A stretch of DNA of 64,000 nucleotides from Longimicrobiales bacterium (GTDB taxonomy: Bacteria; Gemmatimonadota; Gemmatimonadetes; Longimicrobiales; Gaopeijiaceae): positions 3,392,001 to 3,456,000 of the forward strand of contig OZ250165.1 in the NCBI GenBank assembly GCA_965238005.1, written 5' to 3'. The notes beneath the pieces are model-generated. The model made no database searches. It saw only the letters and a program-made list of their open reading frames with translations, and had not been told where the DNA came from. Of the stretch, positions 30,220-41,484 are shown piece after piece. Position 1 is the stretch's first letter; the number at the start of each line of letters is the position of its first letter. A program made the position numbers and the translations under genes.

Positions 30220-32355
30220 ATGGAAACGAAAGAGAAGGAGATCATCACGACACCGGACGAGCCGGGCCTCAACCCCGACTGGTTACTAGACGCATACCGA
30301 ACCATGGTTACCGCCCGGCAGGTGGATGATCGTGAGATGGCCCTCAAGCGCCAGAACAAGATCTTCTTCCAGATCTCGGGTGCCGGACACGAAGCCATTC
30401 AGGTGGCGATGGCCGCCCACCTGAACGGCGGTCACGACTGGTTCTACCTCTACTACCGCGACCGGGCTCTAGCCTTCGCCATCGGGCAGACGCCCCTCGA
30501 CCATCTTCTCGGGGCCGTGGGGGCACACGACGATCCGAACAGCGCAGGCCGGCAGATGCCGTCGCACTTCGGAGACGCACGGCTCAACATCGCCAGCGCA
30601 TCGTCGCCCGTTGGTACCCAATTCCTCCAGGCCGTGGGAGCCGCCGAGGCCGGGCAGCGCGTCGGGCGAGTTGCGGAGCTCGAGGACAAGGTCACCGGAT
30701 TTCGGGAGGACGAAGTCGTTTTGGTCTGTGCGGGGGAGGGAGCCACCTCGGAGGGTGAGTTCTGGGAGGCCCTGAACGTCTCCTGCAATCTCAAGCTCCC
30801 GCTCGTGTTCCTGATCGAGGACAATGGGTATGCCATCTCGGTTCCCGTGGAGGTCAACACGGCGGGCGGGAGTATCTCCAGGCTCGTGGAAGGCTTTCCG
30901 GATCTTCTCATTCGAGAGTGCGACGGCACCGACGTGGTGGACAGCTACGTGGCCGCCGGGGAGGCCGTGGCGCACTGTCGCTCGCGGAATGGGCCCGCGC
31001 TCGTCCACGCGCATACGATCAGACCATATTCCCACTCGATGTCGGACGACGAGCGGATGTACCGGCCCGAGGCCGAGCGGGCGGAGGAGGCCGATCGAGA
31101 TCCACTCCTGAGGACACGGGCGCTCCTCATCGATCAGGGGATCTCGACGCCCGAAACCCTCGACGCTCTCGAGGAGGAGATCCAGACGTCGGTCGCCGCC
31201 GACGCCGACGAGGCCACGAGTCATCCGCAGCCGGCCCCCGAGACGGTGTTGCAGCACCTCTACTCAGAGGAGGTCGACCCCGCGGGACCCGACTTCGACA
31301 GCGAGGATTCGCCCGACTTCACGGACGATCGAGATGTGACCGTCGTCGATCTCCTGAACGCCTGCATGCGCGACGAGATGGAACGGGATCCCCGAATCGT
31401 CGTCTTCGGGGAGGACGTGGCGGACGCTTCCCGGGAAGAGATCCTGCCCGAGGTGAAGGGCAAAGGGGGTGTCTTCAAGGTGACCCACGGCCTCCAGAGC
31501 CGCTTCGGAGGCCAGCGGGTCTTCAACACTCCCCTTGCCGAGGCCAGCATCGTGGGTCGGGCGATCGGGATGGCCCAGCGCGGCCTCAAGCCCGTGGTCG
31601 AGATCCAGTTCTTCGACTACATCTGGCCGGCGTTCATGCAGATCCGGAACGAGCTGGCCATCATGCGATACCGGACGGCTGGGGCCTTTTCAGCTCCGGT
31701 CGTGATACGCGTCCCGTACGGGGGATACCTGAAGGGTGGCGGCATATACCACTCACAGACGGGGGACACGCTCTTCACGCACACACCCGGCCTCAGGGTC
31801 GTATTGCCGTCCAACGCCCTGGATGCCAACGGACTCCTGAGAACGGCCATCCGCTGTGACGACCCCGTCATCTTCCTGGAGCACAAGCACCTCTACCGAC
31901 AGGTCCACAACAAGGGCCGGTATCCGGGCAAGGACTTCATGATCCCCTTCGGCAAGGCGAAGGTGGTCCGCCCGGGCTCGGATCTGACCATCGTGACGTG
32001 CGGCGCCCTGGTGAGGCGCTCCATGGACGCCGCGAAGACGGCGGCGGACCAGCACGGCATCGACTGCGAGATCATCGATCTACGAACGCTTTCGCCTTTG
32101 GATATGGAGTCTGTGGCCGCGTCGGTGAAGAAGACCAACAAGGTCCTCGTCACCCACGAGGACTCCCTCTCCTGGGGTATCGGCTCGGAGATCGTGGCCC
32201 GCATCGCGGACGAGCTCTTCCCCTGGCTGGACGGGCCGGTGCGGCGAGTGGCGTCGATGGACACCTGGGTCGCCTATGCGCCGCTGTTGGAAGAAGCCAT
32301 CCTCCCCCAGCCCAAAGACGTCCTCGAGGGAATCCTGGACCTGGCGAAGTACTAG
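30220..32355 (+). CDS. Fused E1 alpha/beta 2-oxoacid (probably branched-chain) dehydrogenase
   Basis: GAGHEA, TPP motif [15 protein letters not shown]...N, HSMSDD, FGEDV, NTPLAE, EIQFFDY. Confidence 0.92.
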   Translation: METKEKEIITTPDEPGLNPDWLLDAYRTMVTARQVDDREMALKRQNKIFFQISGAGHEAIQVAMAAHLNGGHDWFYLYYRDRALAFAIGQTPLDHLLGAVGAHDDPNSAGRQMPSHFGDARLNIASASSPVGTQFLQAVGAAEAGQRVGRVAELEDKVTGFREDEVVLVCAGEGATSEGEFWEALNVSCNLKLPLVFLIEDNGYAISVPVEVNTAGGSISRLVEGFPDLLIRECDGTDVVDSYVAAGEAVAHCRSRNGPALVHAHTIRPYSHSMSDDERMYRPEAERAEEADRDPLLRTRALLIDQGISTPETLDALEEEIQTSVAADADEATSHPQPAPETVLQHLYSEEVDPAGPDFDSEDSPDFTDDRDVTVVDLLNACMRDEMERDPRIVVFGEDVADASREEILPEVKGKGGVFKVTHGLQSRFGGQRVFNTPLAEASIVGRAIGMAQRGLKPVVEIQFFDYIWPAFMQIRNELAIMRYRTAGAFSAPVVIRVPYGGYLKGGGIYHSQTGDTLFTHTPGLRVVLPSNALDANGLLRTAIRCDDPVIFLEHKHLYRQVHNKGRYPGKDFMIPFGKAKVVRPGSDLTIVTCGALVRRSMDAAKTAADQHGIDCEIIDLRTLSPLDMESVAASVKKTNKVLVTHEDSLSWGIGSEIVARIADELFPWLDGPVRRVASMDTWVAYAPLLEEAILPQPKDVLEGILDLAKY

Positions 32356-32416
32356 TGTCCCGTTACCAACGTGTCTCGGCCAGTCGAGGGCACGGTGCAT
32401 CCGTGGCAACGGAACA

Positions 32417-33709
32417 CTAGTTCTCGGATTCCGGATGGGTGCTCTCCGGCTGTGCCCTGGCGCCTTCGGGCAGGATCAGGCGGACGGCCCGCCGATAGAA
32501 AACGTAGTTCCAGGCCCAGTTCACCAGGACCAGCGCGCGGTTGCGGAATCCGATGAGCCAAGCCAGGTGGATCGTCAGCCACAACACCCACGCACAAAAG
32601 CCCGTAAAGGATCTTCCCCGGACGCTGGCGACGGCGGCGTTACGCCCGATCACTGCCAGCATTCCAAGGTCTTTGTAGGCGAACGTGCCGGGCGCCTTGC
32701 CGGCGATGAGCTTTGCGATGCTGTCCGCCGCCGTGCTCCCCTGCTGAAGGGCGACCTGAGCCACCTGTGGCAACGGTTTCCCTTCCACCTCGAGAAAGGC
32801 CAGGTCCCCCACCACGAACACATCCGGGTGGCCCGGTACCTGTAGTGTCGGCTCCACCGGCACGCGTCCGGACGGCCCCACCGGAAGCCCCCACCGGCCC
32901 ATCGCCGGATCGCCCTGAACTCCCGCCGCCCACACAACGGTGTGGGTCGGGAGCTCTCCCTGGGCGCTCGTCACGGCTGCGTTCGGTCGGACAACTAGGA
33001 CCCGTGAGCCGAGCCGGACCGTCACGCCACGTTTCTCCAGGCGGGCGCGCGCATACTCCTGCAGGTGTCCCGGCATACCCGGAAGAAGGCGCTCCTCTCC
33101 CTCCACGAGAATCACGTCCACTTCATCCGGAGAGATGTCCCGGTAGTCCTTCAGCAGGGGGCCGTAGATCAGCTCTGCCAGCGCCCCGGCATACTCCGCC
33201 CCGGTGGGGCCCCCACCGACGATGGCAAACCGAAGTAGGGCGCGACGCTCCTCCGGGTCCGATGCCTGAGCCGCCCGCTCGAAGCAGGCCAGGACGTGGT
33301 AGCGGAGGGGGATGGCGTCGTCCATCGTCCGGAGCGGGAAGGAATGGCGGGCAGCACCCTCGACATCAAAGAAGTTCGGGACGCTGCCCGGAGCGAGAAC
33401 CAGATAGTCGTAGTCCAGCGAGCCGCCGTCCGTGACGATGGTCCTAGCATCGAGGTCGAGCTCGCGCAGCTCCGCCTTCCGGAAGTCGACCAGCGGCTCT
33501 TTTCGGAAGAGACTCCTTATGGGGTAGGCGATCTCTCCCGGACCGAGCTCGGCGGCGGCCACTTGGTAGAGGAGCGGGAAGAAGGTGTGATAGTTGTTGC
33601 GGTCGAGCACGATCACCCGCAGCCCGTGCCGAACGAAGCGCCTCGCCGCCCACAGGCCCCCGAAGCCCGCACCCACGACCACGATCCGAGGATGTGATGG
33701 AGGGTCCAC
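32417..33709 (-). CDS. ndh: Type II NADH dehydrogenase
   Basis: VVGAGFGG, PLLYQVA, IVGGGPTGAE, AQVALQQG. Confidence 0.88.
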   Translation of the reverse strand: MDPPSHPRIVVVGAGFGGLWAARRFVRHGLRVIVLDRNNYHTFFPLLYQVAAAELGPGEIAYPIRSLFRKEPLVDFRKAELRELDLDARTIVTDGGSLDYDYLVLAPGSVPNFFDVEGAARHSFPLRTMDDAIPLRYHVLACFERAAQASDPEERRALLRFAIVGGGPTGAEYAGALAELIYGPLLKDYRDISPDEVDVILVEGEERLLPGMPGHLQEYARARLEKRGVTVRLGSRVLVVRPNAAVTSAQGELPTHTVVWAAGVQGDPAMGRWGLPVGPSGRVPVEPTLQVPGHPDVFVVGDLAFLEVEGKPLPQVAQVALQQGSTAADSIAKLIAGKAPGTFAYKDLGMLAVIGRNAAVASVRGRSFTGFCAWVLWLTIHLAWLIGFRNRALVLVNWAWNYVFYRRAVRLILPEGARAQPESTHPESEN

Positions 33710-33712
33710 AGA

Positions 33713-34909
33713 CTAGTACTTCGGGAGGCTCGAGTCGATCTCGTCCACCCAGGCGAGGATGCCTCCTGTGAGGTTGTCCACACGCCTGAAGCCCGCGTCC
33801 ACCAGTGCGTCGGCGGCCATGAGGCTACGCGTCCCGGACCGGCAGTACACCACGATCTCTCGATCCCGGGGCAGCTCGTTCATCCGATCGGGTAGCTCGC
33901 CAAGGGGGACCCGCACCTCCCCATCGGCATGAACGCTCACGATATCCCACTCGAAAGGCTCCCTGACATCGAGAAGCAGCGGTGGCTCGGCTTCGGCGAG
34001 ACGCTCCTTCAGTTCCCTGGGGCCAACCTCGCCGACGCCATTCGGGTGCTCCTGTTCCGTCTCTCCAGCCCCCGCCGCTCCTTCAACCTGAGAGCGGAGT
34101 CCGCAGAAGTCCTCGTAGTCGATGAGACTCGTCTGGGTCGGCACGTCTCCACATACCGGACAGTCCGGGTTCCGGCTCAGCGCGACCTCTCTCCAGGTCA
34201 GGTCCATGGCGTCGAAGATAAGGAGCCGCCCGCTGAGGGTGTTGCCCTTTCCAAGGACGAGCTTGATGACCTCCAGGGCCTGGAGCGAACCGATGACCCC
34301 CGGGAGGACTCCCAACACACCGGCTTCTGCGCAGTTGGGCACGAGGCCCGGAGGGGGCGGCTCACGGAAGAGGCAGCGGTAGCAAGGCCCGTCATCGAGT
34401 CCGAAGACCGAAACCTGCCCTTCCCAGCGGAAGATCGAGCCATAGACGTTGGGCTTGCCCAAGAGCACGCATGCGTCGTTGACCAGATAGCGCGTCGGGA
34501 AATTGTCGGTACCGTCCACCACCACATCGTACGGCTCGAGAATCTCCAGGGCGTTGTCGGAGCTAAGTCGTACGGGGTGTGCGACCACGTCCACGTGCGG
34601 ATTGATGTCTGCCAGTCGGTCCTTAGCCGATTCGAGCTTGTGCCGCCCAATGTCCTTGGTGCCGTGCAGGATCTGCCGCTGGAGGTTGCTCGCGTCCACC
34701 TCATCGAAGTCCACCAGACCGAGTGTGCCGATTCCGGCGGCGGCCAGGTAGAGGGCCAAAGGTGAGCCGAGGCCCCCCGCACCCACCACCAGCACCCGAG
34801 CCTCCTTGAGGCGTTGCTGGCCCTCTAGTCCCACCTCGGGAAGCGACAGATGTCGGGCGTACCGGGTCAGCTCCGCCGGCTCCAGCTCAGGATTGCGACG
34901 CTCTGCCAA
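33713..34909 (-). CDS. moeB: Molybdopterin-synthase adenylyltransferase MoeB/MoeZ with C-terminal rhodanese domain
   Basis: RYARHL, GAGGLG, SNLQRQ, PCYRC, CPVC, rhodanese CRSGTRS; TTG start inferred. Confidence 0.9.
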   Translation of the reverse strand: MAERRNPELEPAELTRYARHLSLPEVGLEGQQRLKEARVLVVGAGGLGSPLALYLAAAGIGTLGLVDFDEVDASNLQRQILHGTKDIGRHKLESAKDRLADINPHVDVVAHPVRLSSDNALEILEPYDVVVDGTDNFPTRYLVNDACVLLGKPNVYGSIFRWEGQVSVFGLDDGPCYRCLFREPPPPGLVPNCAEAGVLGVLPGVIGSLQALEVIKLVLGKGNTLSGRLLIFDAMDLTWREVALSRNPDCPVCGDVPTQTSLIDYEDFCGLRSQVEGAAGAGETEQEHPNGVGEVGPRELKERLAEAEPPLLLDVREPFEWDIVSVHADGEVRVPLGELPDRMNELPRDREIVVYCRSGTRSLMAADALVDAGFRRVDNLTGGILAWVDEIDSSLPKY

Positions 34910-35004
34910 GGTCGAGTCTCTGTCGTCAAAGGGGGCGCGATCTCTGGCGAACTTGCACCCCCTCGTGGGATTCAGGTTCCTCAGCCGGGGAGGCGATGAA
35001 GTCT

Positions 35005-37191
35005 CTATTGCTCCGAGGACAGGTAGCGTAGGCCTCCCAGGGCCGTCGTGCGGAAAGCGGCGGCCTCTTCGGCCAGGTCGTTCACCTCCTCCGTGGCCAC
35101 TCCGGCGATGGCAGCGGCGTCGGCAAGCTGAGCGAACAGGAACTGATAGTGGAGCGGGATATTCAGCGTGCTGCGATCCTGCCAGATGTCCCGGTCCCGG
35201 ATCCCTCGGTACTGATAGACGTCGCGCACCAGGGCGAAATTCCGGTCGAGGTCGAACCACTCGCCGCCCATTCGATCGCTTCCCTGAACCAACCCCTCCG
35301 GGCGCTCCCCATTCAAGGTCCGCATCACCAGCTTCGTGGTGAGGCCGTGACGGATCCCCCAGTCCTGCAGACCGAGGTCTCCCAGCAGGCCGGCGGAGCT
35401 CGCGAAGTAGATGGGACGCTGTCCGATGGAGTCGTGGATGAAGCTCAGAGCCAGGCGGTGCCCACGGTCCAGGTACGTCCCCGCCGGATACCTTACCACC
35501 ACAGCGCCGAGCGCTAGGCTCAGGTCGTCGGGGATCCTACCCGACCCCACGGCATCGAGGATCTCGTCGCTGGCTCCCGTGATGGCCGAGTCCGGGATCG
35601 GGGTGGCAGGATAAAGGCCCACGGCGAACTCTTCGCTGAACGGCCTCTGCCGCTCCGGCTCCGTCATGTCCCGGAGCTGCTTGGGATACCAGTCCGTGTA
35701 GAGGTATTGGAGGACGATGACGCTCACGTCCTTCCGAATCCCCTCGATCTCCTGCAGGTACCAGAGCGGGAAGGTATCGTTATCCCCATTGGTGAAGAGT
35801 ATCCCGTACGGCTCGACGCTCATCAGAAGATCGTAGGCCCAATCGCGCGGGGCGTAGTCCCCCGCCCGGCTAGCCCAGGCCCAATTGTAGGCCAACGGGA
35901 TCAGGGCGACGATGAAGATCGGAGCTGCTTTCCGATATGCCGCTCCGCCACCCCAGTGGTCCGAGAGTGCCGACCAGAACCCCGCGAGACCGAGCCCGGC
36001 CAGGTTGCCCCACAGAATGAAGCTGGCCACGAAGAAGTAGTCCCTTTCACGCACCTCGTGGGCCAGCCGATCCGTTACGTGGGGGGCGAGTGAGAACCCG
36101 TACTTGAAGTTCAGATAGACGACCAGGCCAAGCGTGACTGTGGCCGTCAGAGCCACCATGTACGCGAAGATGTACCGATCCGCTCGCCACACGACGAGAA
36201 AGCCCATGAACCCCATAGCCATGAACAGCACGGTCGCCGGCAGACGAGCGCCCATGGGCAACGACCCGAGATCGGCTCCTCTCGCCCACTGCCAATCGAA
36301 GTACTGGAAGTAGTTGAGCAGCTGATCTCGGAGCGGTGCCTGCCGCTCGCTGACCGGAGCCTTGGCGTACTGCTCCCGACTCAGGGACGAGGCCAGAGCG
36401 GGGCAACCGGCCTTACCGTTGGTGTAGATGGCCACTGCCACCCCACCGGCAGACGTACAGGTAGGATCGCCCTCGTTTATGATCGGATCCTGGGCCGCGC
36501 GAATGGGCAGGAAGACGTTGAACGACAGCCCCAGCACCACCAGGGGAGCGGCACGGATCCAGAATCCCTTGCGCAACAGGACCGCTGGGCCCGCCAGAAG
36601 CACGAAGAGACCGAAAGCAGGCAGCGGAATTACCGACATGAGATGGTTGGCGGCCCCGAGAACCATCACATAGAGGGCTCCAAGTAGCGCCCTCAGGCCC
36701 GCCGGCTCGTCTTGCTGGTCATACCAACGGAGGAGCAGCCACGACGCAGAGGCCACGATGGCCACACTCACCGTATAGACCTTCTCGTTCGCGTTCGACT
36801 GATTCCACACGGTGTACGCCGTAGCTCCCATGAGGGCTCCGGACGCGGCACCCACGACGGCCATCCAACGCTCTTCGAGCACCGCCGAGAGGATCCGATG
36901 GCCGATCATGAAGAAGAAGAACGTGGCCGTTGCACTGGTGAAGGCGGCCAAGAGGTTGATGCGGACGGCCACGGGCAACCCAAGCGGTGCCAGCAGCAGG
37001 CTCCACGTGCGGGCCACCGACACGAACAGCGGATTCCCGGGCGGGTGAGGAATGCCCAGGAGGTGCCCCGTAGTGATGTACTCGCTGGCGTCCCACCACG
37101 CCGTGGTGGGTGCCAGGGTCAACACGTAGAGCGCGAAGATCGCCGCTCCCACGAGAGCGCCGGCTCGGTACGGCGGTCGATATCCCGTCAT
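35005..37191 (-). CDS. DUF2723 / TMEM260-like polytopic glycosyltransferase
   Basis: WDASEYI...GIPHPPGNP, ERDYFF, FTNGDNDTFPLWY. Confidence 0.85.
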   Translation of the reverse strand: MTGYRPPYRAGALVGAAIFALYVLTLAPTTAWWDASEYITTGHLLGIPHPPGNPLFVSVARTWSLLLAPLGLPVAVRINLLAAFTSATATFFFFMIGHRILSAVLEERWMAVVGAASGALMGATAYTVWNQSNANEKVYTVSVAIVASASWLLLRWYDQQDEPAGLRALLGALYVMVLGAANHLMSVIPLPAFGLFVLLAGPAVLLRKGFWIRAAPLVVLGLSFNVFLPIRAAQDPIINEGDPTCTSAGGVAVAIYTNGKAGCPALASSLSREQYAKAPVSERQAPLRDQLLNYFQYFDWQWARGADLGSLPMGARLPATVLFMAMGFMGFLVVWRADRYIFAYMVALTATVTLGLVVYLNFKYGFSLAPHVTDRLAHEVRERDYFFVASFILWGNLAGLGLAGFWSALSDHWGGGAAYRKAAPIFIVALIPLAYNWAWASRAGDYAPRDWAYDLLMSVEPYGILFTNGDNDTFPLWYLQEIEGIRKDVSVIVLQYLYTDWYPKQLRDMTEPERQRPFSEEFAVGLYPATPIPDSAITGASDEILDAVGSGRIPDDLSLALGAVVVRYPAGTYLDRGHRLALSFIHDSIGQRPIYFASSAGLLGDLGLQDWGIRHGLTTKLVMRTLNGERPEGLVQGSDRMGGEWFDLDRNFALVRDVYQYRGIRDRDIWQDRSTLNIPLHYQFLFAQLADAAAIAGVATEEVNDLAEEAAAFRTTALGGLRYLSSEQ

Positions 37192-37285
37192 CCCCTACCC
37201 TGGTGTGAGAAATGATGCGCGTGACCGGACTCGCACGAGCTTGTAGCGCATCCGCCCCCAACGGTTCCGCCTACCGCCTGTGAGG

Positions 37286-38557
37286 TCAACCGTCGGACGG
37301 CAGTCCCTCCCGGCCCGCGCTGTCCAGGAGCTCCAGGACCCGGTCCAGGTCTGAAGGGCGATTATAGATGTGGGTGGACAGGCGCATCCAACCGTAGTCG
37401 TACTCTCCAATGACCCGCGTGCGGATCTTGGCGGTGCGGCTCAAGTGGACCTGGAGCGCCAAGGAGTCGATACCCTCCATCCGGAACGACACCATTCCGG
37501 AAGACAGCTCGTCGCCCTCCGGAGACACGATCTCAACGCTCGGCAGGCTCTCCAACCCGGCGCGCAGGAGTGCATGGAGATAGCGCACCCTGGCCTCGAT
37601 CCGGTCGACCCCCAGCACGCCATGGAACTCCACGGCCGCCAGGAGGCCGGCGAGGCGGGACTCGTCGAAGGTCCCGAGGTGGTTGAACCGCTGGGCGCCC
37701 AGATCGAGATCATCCCAGCCACCCGAGGCGAGGGTCGGCCAGAGCCGGGTCCGCCATTCGCTCGTCATGTAGAGGAGCCCCGTCCCCTGCGGCGCGAGCA
37801 GCCACTTGTGGGGTGAGGATGCGTAGAAGTCGCCGCCCAGATCCCGGAGGCTGACCCGAAGCATGCCAGGGGGGTGCGCGCCGTCCACCGCGAAGACGAT
37901 GGACCGGTCACGGCAGACCCGGGCCAGGTCGGCGATGGGCAGTACGGTGCCCGTGGTGAACGTGACGTGGGAGAGGGCCAGCACACGGGTACGGGGCGTG
38001 AGGGCTCCCACCACGGCGTCCAGGAGCTCACCGGTCGAGCGGGCAGGCGTCGGAAGGCGGGCACTCTCCAGCGAGGCTCCGCGACGCGCGCACACCAGCT
38101 CCCAGGGCTTGTACCCACCGATGTGCTCATGGTCAGTGACGACCACCTCGTCGCCCACCTCCAGCTCGAGGCCGTTGGCCACGAAGTTCATGGCTTCCGT
38201 CGTGTTCCTCGGGAACACGACGCCCTCCGGGTCGGCATCCAAGAGCGCTCCCATGGCCCCCTTGAGATCATCCCAGCGGACTCCGGGTGGGTAGGTGGCC
38301 GCCACCCGTCGCGCGTGCTCGGCGACCGCCTCCACTACCACCCTGGGGGACGGCCCCAGAGTCCCGTTGTTCAGGTAGATACGATCGCTGGGGATGAGGA
38401 ACTGACTTCGGACGAAACCCCAGAACTCCTCGTCATCGGGAGCCCCACCCACCTGGAGGTCGCGACCGAGGGCGGCAACGGCGTGAGGCCAGGCCAGGGC
38501 CGCCGCCCCGGCGGCGTGAAGAAAGCTGCGTCGTCCTATGGTCATCGGTCGGATCAT
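37286..38557 (-). CDS. Class V PLP enzyme (isopenicillin N epimerase / cysteine desulfurase-like) with Tat signal
   Basis: RRSFL Tat motif; YLNNGTLGPSP, DGAH, SPHKWLLAP. Confidence 0.85.
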   Translation of the reverse strand: MIRPMTIGRRSFLHAAGAAALAWPHAVAALGRDLQVGGAPDDEEFWGFVRSQFLIPSDRIYLNNGTLGPSPRVVVEAVAEHARRVAATYPPGVRWDDLKGAMGALLDADPEGVVFPRNTTEAMNFVANGLELEVGDEVVVTDHEHIGGYKPWELVCARRGASLESARLPTPARSTGELLDAVVGALTPRTRVLALSHVTFTTGTVLPIADLARVCRDRSIVFAVDGAHPPGMLRVSLRDLGGDFYASSPHKWLLAPQGTGLLYMTSEWRTRLWPTLASGGWDDLDLGAQRFNHLGTFDESRLAGLLAAVEFHGVLGVDRIEARVRYLHALLRAGLESLPSVEIVSPEGDELSSGMVSFRMEGIDSLALQVHLSRTAKIRTRVIGEYDYGWMRLSTHIYNRPSDLDRVLELLDSAGREGLPSDG

Positions 38558-38636
38558 GTTCGCCCCCTCAGACGAACGCAAGCGCATGGGAGGCGGCTGG
38601 CGGCCCCCTCCGCCCCACTCGTAGCTTGACGAATCT

Positions 38637-39734
38637 ATGCGCACAGTCAGAACGTTCCGCTCCGTGAGGAGCTGGCTTACCGGCAAGGCCGCCACGACTG
38701 AGTACGAAACGCTCTTGAACCGAGGCGATAGAGAGGTCCCGGCCTCGGTGATCGTTCCGTGCGCTGCGGCCCGCAAGCTGCCGGGGTGGATCGTCCTCCA
38801 CGGCCTCACCCGACCGGGCCGATTCCACCCCACTCTACTTCGATTCGTGCGGGCTCTCGCGTCATCCCAGGCTGCCGTCCTCGTCCCCCAGGTGCCCGAG
38901 TGGAAGAACCTCCGTCTTGCCCCCGAGTACACACTCTCCACTGTACGGGCCGCCCTCGAGGCGCTCCGCCGCCTCGACGCCACCGACGATGGTCCCTACG
39001 GGATCATCGGCTTCTCGTTCGGAGCCCCCCAAGTCATGATCGCGGCTTCCCACGAGGACATCGCCGAGCAGCTAGGAGGTGCCGTGGGCTTCGGGGGCTA
39101 CTGCGACATGGAACGCATGGTGCGATTCCAGATGACGGGCGAGCATGAATGGGGGGGAGTCACTCACCGCGTCCGGCCGGATCCCTACGGGCGATGGATC
39201 ATCGGCGGAAATCACCTGGTCTCTATTCCCGAGTACCGTGACTCACAGGATGTCGCCGACGCGCTGTGGCGCCTTGCCGTGGAGGCCGGCGAGCGGCGCA
39301 TCCTGGCGTGGGATCCCTCGTACGATGCCCTGAAGAACGAGCTCAGGAAGCATGTTGCGCCGGAGCACACGTGGTTGTTCGACCTGTTCGCCCCTCCCTC
39401 GGACCGTGAGCCGGACATGAGCGGATCCGAGGACATCGCCAAACGGCTGGCTGAAGCCGTCATGGAGTCGGTACCCCTCATGGACCCAAGGCCCTACCTC
39501 GCCCGAATCCGCACGCAAGTCCAGCTCATACATGGAAAGGACGACCGGCTCATCCCCTACACCGAGACCTTGAGGATGCAGGCGTCGTTCCCGGCGGAAC
39601 GGCGCATCGACACCACCATCACGGCCTTCTTCGCCCACTCCGATCAAGGAGGGCGTCTCTCGTCACTCCGGCACGAGTTTCGTGAAGGTCTGAAGCTGGT
39701 GCGGACACTCGGTCGCGTGCTGAGGATCGCCTAG
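38637..39734 (+). CDS. Alpha/beta-hydrolase fold protein
   Basis: LHG, nucleophile elbow GFSFG, HGKDDRLIP, late His. Confidence 0.75.
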   Translation: MRTVRTFRSVRSWLTGKAATTEYETLLNRGDREVPASVIVPCAAARKLPGWIVLHGLTRPGRFHPTLLRFVRALASSQAAVLVPQVPEWKNLRLAPEYTLSTVRAALEALRRLDATDDGPYGIIGFSFGAPQVMIAASHEDIAEQLGGAVGFGGYCDMERMVRFQMTGEHEWGGVTHRVRPDPYGRWIIGGNHLVSIPEYRDSQDVADALWRLAVEAGERRILAWDPSYDALKNELRKHVAPEHTWLFDLFAPPSDREPDMSGSEDIAKRLAEAVMESVPLMDPRPYLARIRTQVQLIHGKDDRLIPYTETLRMQASFPAERRIDTTITAFFAHSDQGGRLSSLRHEFREGLKLVRTLGRVLRIA

Positions 39735-39773
39735 GCTGTTGAAGAAGTACATTGAGCCGTGTGCGGTCGGATC

Positions 39774-41084
39774 CTACCTGGCGGCGAGAATCTGTTGGAC
39801 CACCACCCGAATGTCGGGGTCCTTGTCGTCCTTGGCGGCCTCGACGACGCTCATGGCGTGGGGAGTGCCGATGGAGCCGAGGGCCGAGAGGGCGGCCAAA
39901 CGGACCTCGGGAGAGGGCTTGTAGAAGAGGGATCCGACGGCTCGCTTTTCGATGAGGGCGACGGCGGCGGGATCTCCGAGCTGTCCCAGGGCCCGAAGCA
40001 CCTGCTCGATGACGGGATCGTCGTCGCCGACTTCGAGGATGCTCAGGAGGAGCTTGAAGGCGCGGTCGACCTTGAGAACCGAGACGGCTCGGGCGGCGGC
40101 GGTTCGAACGTCGGCCTCCGAGTCGTTCAGCATTCCCACCACCAACTGAGCCGCATCCTCTCCCCCGATCTTCGCCAGGGAGAGTACGGTTTCGCGACGT
40201 ACTCGCATGTCCTCGCGGGCCAGAGTGCCCGTGAGGTGGGCGATGGCCGTCTCTTCGCCACTCTCGCCGAGGACCGCTACCCCGTTCCTGGCCACGAACC
40301 ACCGCGAGTCCTCGAGCATCCCCTCGACGACCCTCATACCGGACTGCCCGAGGGCCACCAGGGCACCCACGTAGATCTTCCGGGCCAACCGATCGTCGGT
40401 ATCGGTAAGCGCATCGGCAATGGCGGTGGCCATAGGGTCACCCAGCTTGGCGTAGGCATCCACGAGGGCCAATCGCTCGCGCTCGTCCCGGACGCTCCCG
40501 AGGCGGATGGCCATTCGCATCCGTAGGACCACGTTCATGAGCTCGCCGGCCAACGCCTCGGCGGCGGGGTCCGGCACCGGCTGGACCAGGAGCGCATTCA
40601 TGGCCCTGGCCAGGCCGTCCAGAGCGTTGGCGGAGCGGGCCTCTTCCACTGCGGCCCGAAGCGGTTCCGTTAGCGACTTGCGCTGGTCGGAGGTCGCCAT
40701 CAAGTAGCGGGAGGTGGTCTCCTCGAGCTGCAGCTCCACGGATGAGCGGGGCTCCCCCTCGGAGACGGCCTCAGGCTCGATTTCGGGAACCGTCGCCAAC
40801 TCCTCCGCCTCGACCTCCGGCTGGGGGAGCCCGACCTCCGGCTCGGGGGCAGGCGCCTCCGCCTCGGGCTCGGCGGATTCAACGGCCGGCTCGGGGGCAG
40901 ATGCCTCTGCCTCGGGCTCGGCGGATTCGACGGCCGGCTCGGAGGCAGCTGCCTCTGCCTCCAGCTCGGGCTCCTCCGGGCTGGCGGATTGGTCCTCCAC
41001 CACCTCTTCCGCCTCCAACTCGGCGAAGAGGGAGTCGATGGAGCGTGCCCAGCCTTTGAGCTCGCGGTCGTTCTCTTGGGTCAC
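39774..41084 (-). CDS. HEAT-repeat protein with acidic Pro/Glu-rich linker (start inferred)
   Basis: Repeated D...VR..A..AL HEAT-PBS units in the C-terminal half. Confidence 0.8.
   Translation of the reverse strand: MTQENDRELKGWARSIDSLFAELEAEEVVEDQSASPEEPELEAEAAASEPAVESAEPEAEASAPEPAVESAEPEAEAPAPEPEVGLPQPEVEAEELATVPEIEPEAVSEGEPRSSVELQLEETTSRYLMATSDQRKSLTEPLRAAVEEARSANALDGLARAMNALLVQPVPDPAAEALAGELMNVVLRMRMAIRLGSVRDERERLALVDAYAKLGDPMATAIADALTDTDDRLARKIYVGALVALGQSGMRVVEGMLEDSRWFVARNGVAVLGESGEETAIAHLTGTLAREDMRVRRETVLSLAKIGGEDAAQLVVGMLNDSEADVRTAAARAVSVLKVDRAFKLLLSILEVGDDDPVIEQVLRALGQLGDPAAVALIEKRAVGSLFYKPSPEVRLAALSALGSIGTPHAMSVVEAAKDDKDPDIRVVVQQILAAR
40861..40956. repeat. 48-bp intragenic tandem repeat (two copies plus partial flanks)
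   Basis: GCCTCGGGCTCGGCGGATTC...GCCTCT at 40861 and 40909, encoding EPAVESAEPEAEA repeats. Confidence 0.85.
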
Positions 41085-41198
41085 GTGGGGGTCGGCGGAA
41101 AAAGCGATCGATTGGCCGGTCTCCCCCAACCTAGGCCGCGCTTCGGCGAGGCGCGAGAACAATTTGGTGGGGCGGGACGCCGACGACCCCGCTCATCG

Positions 41199-41484
41199 TC
41201 AGATTTCCACTGTGGCCCCGAGACCCATCCGCTCGCCGGCATCCAGGATACGACCGGCCGCGGCCACGTCCTGAGCGGCACTCCGCGACGGACTTGAAGA
41301 GGCCTTCCGGCAGATACCCGGGCATGAACAGGCTCACAGCCTTCTCGGTAGATACCGTCACTCGGTCGGGCACCACGGCGTCGCCCGACGAGAGCTGGGT
41401 GAAAGCCGTCCTCATGGCGTCGATGGCCCCACGCATGTCCAGACACGCGCGTATGTCGGCCGCCGTCAGGATCCGTAGTTGCAT
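41199..41484 (-). pseudogene. Ornithine/lysine cyclodeaminase (mu-crystallin family) remnant with a large internal deletion and a frameshift
   Basis: N-terminus MQLRILTAADIR...SLFMPGYL joined directly to the C-terminal signature LFKSV/(shift)SAAQDVAAA...GLGATVEI*. Confidence 0.8.
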
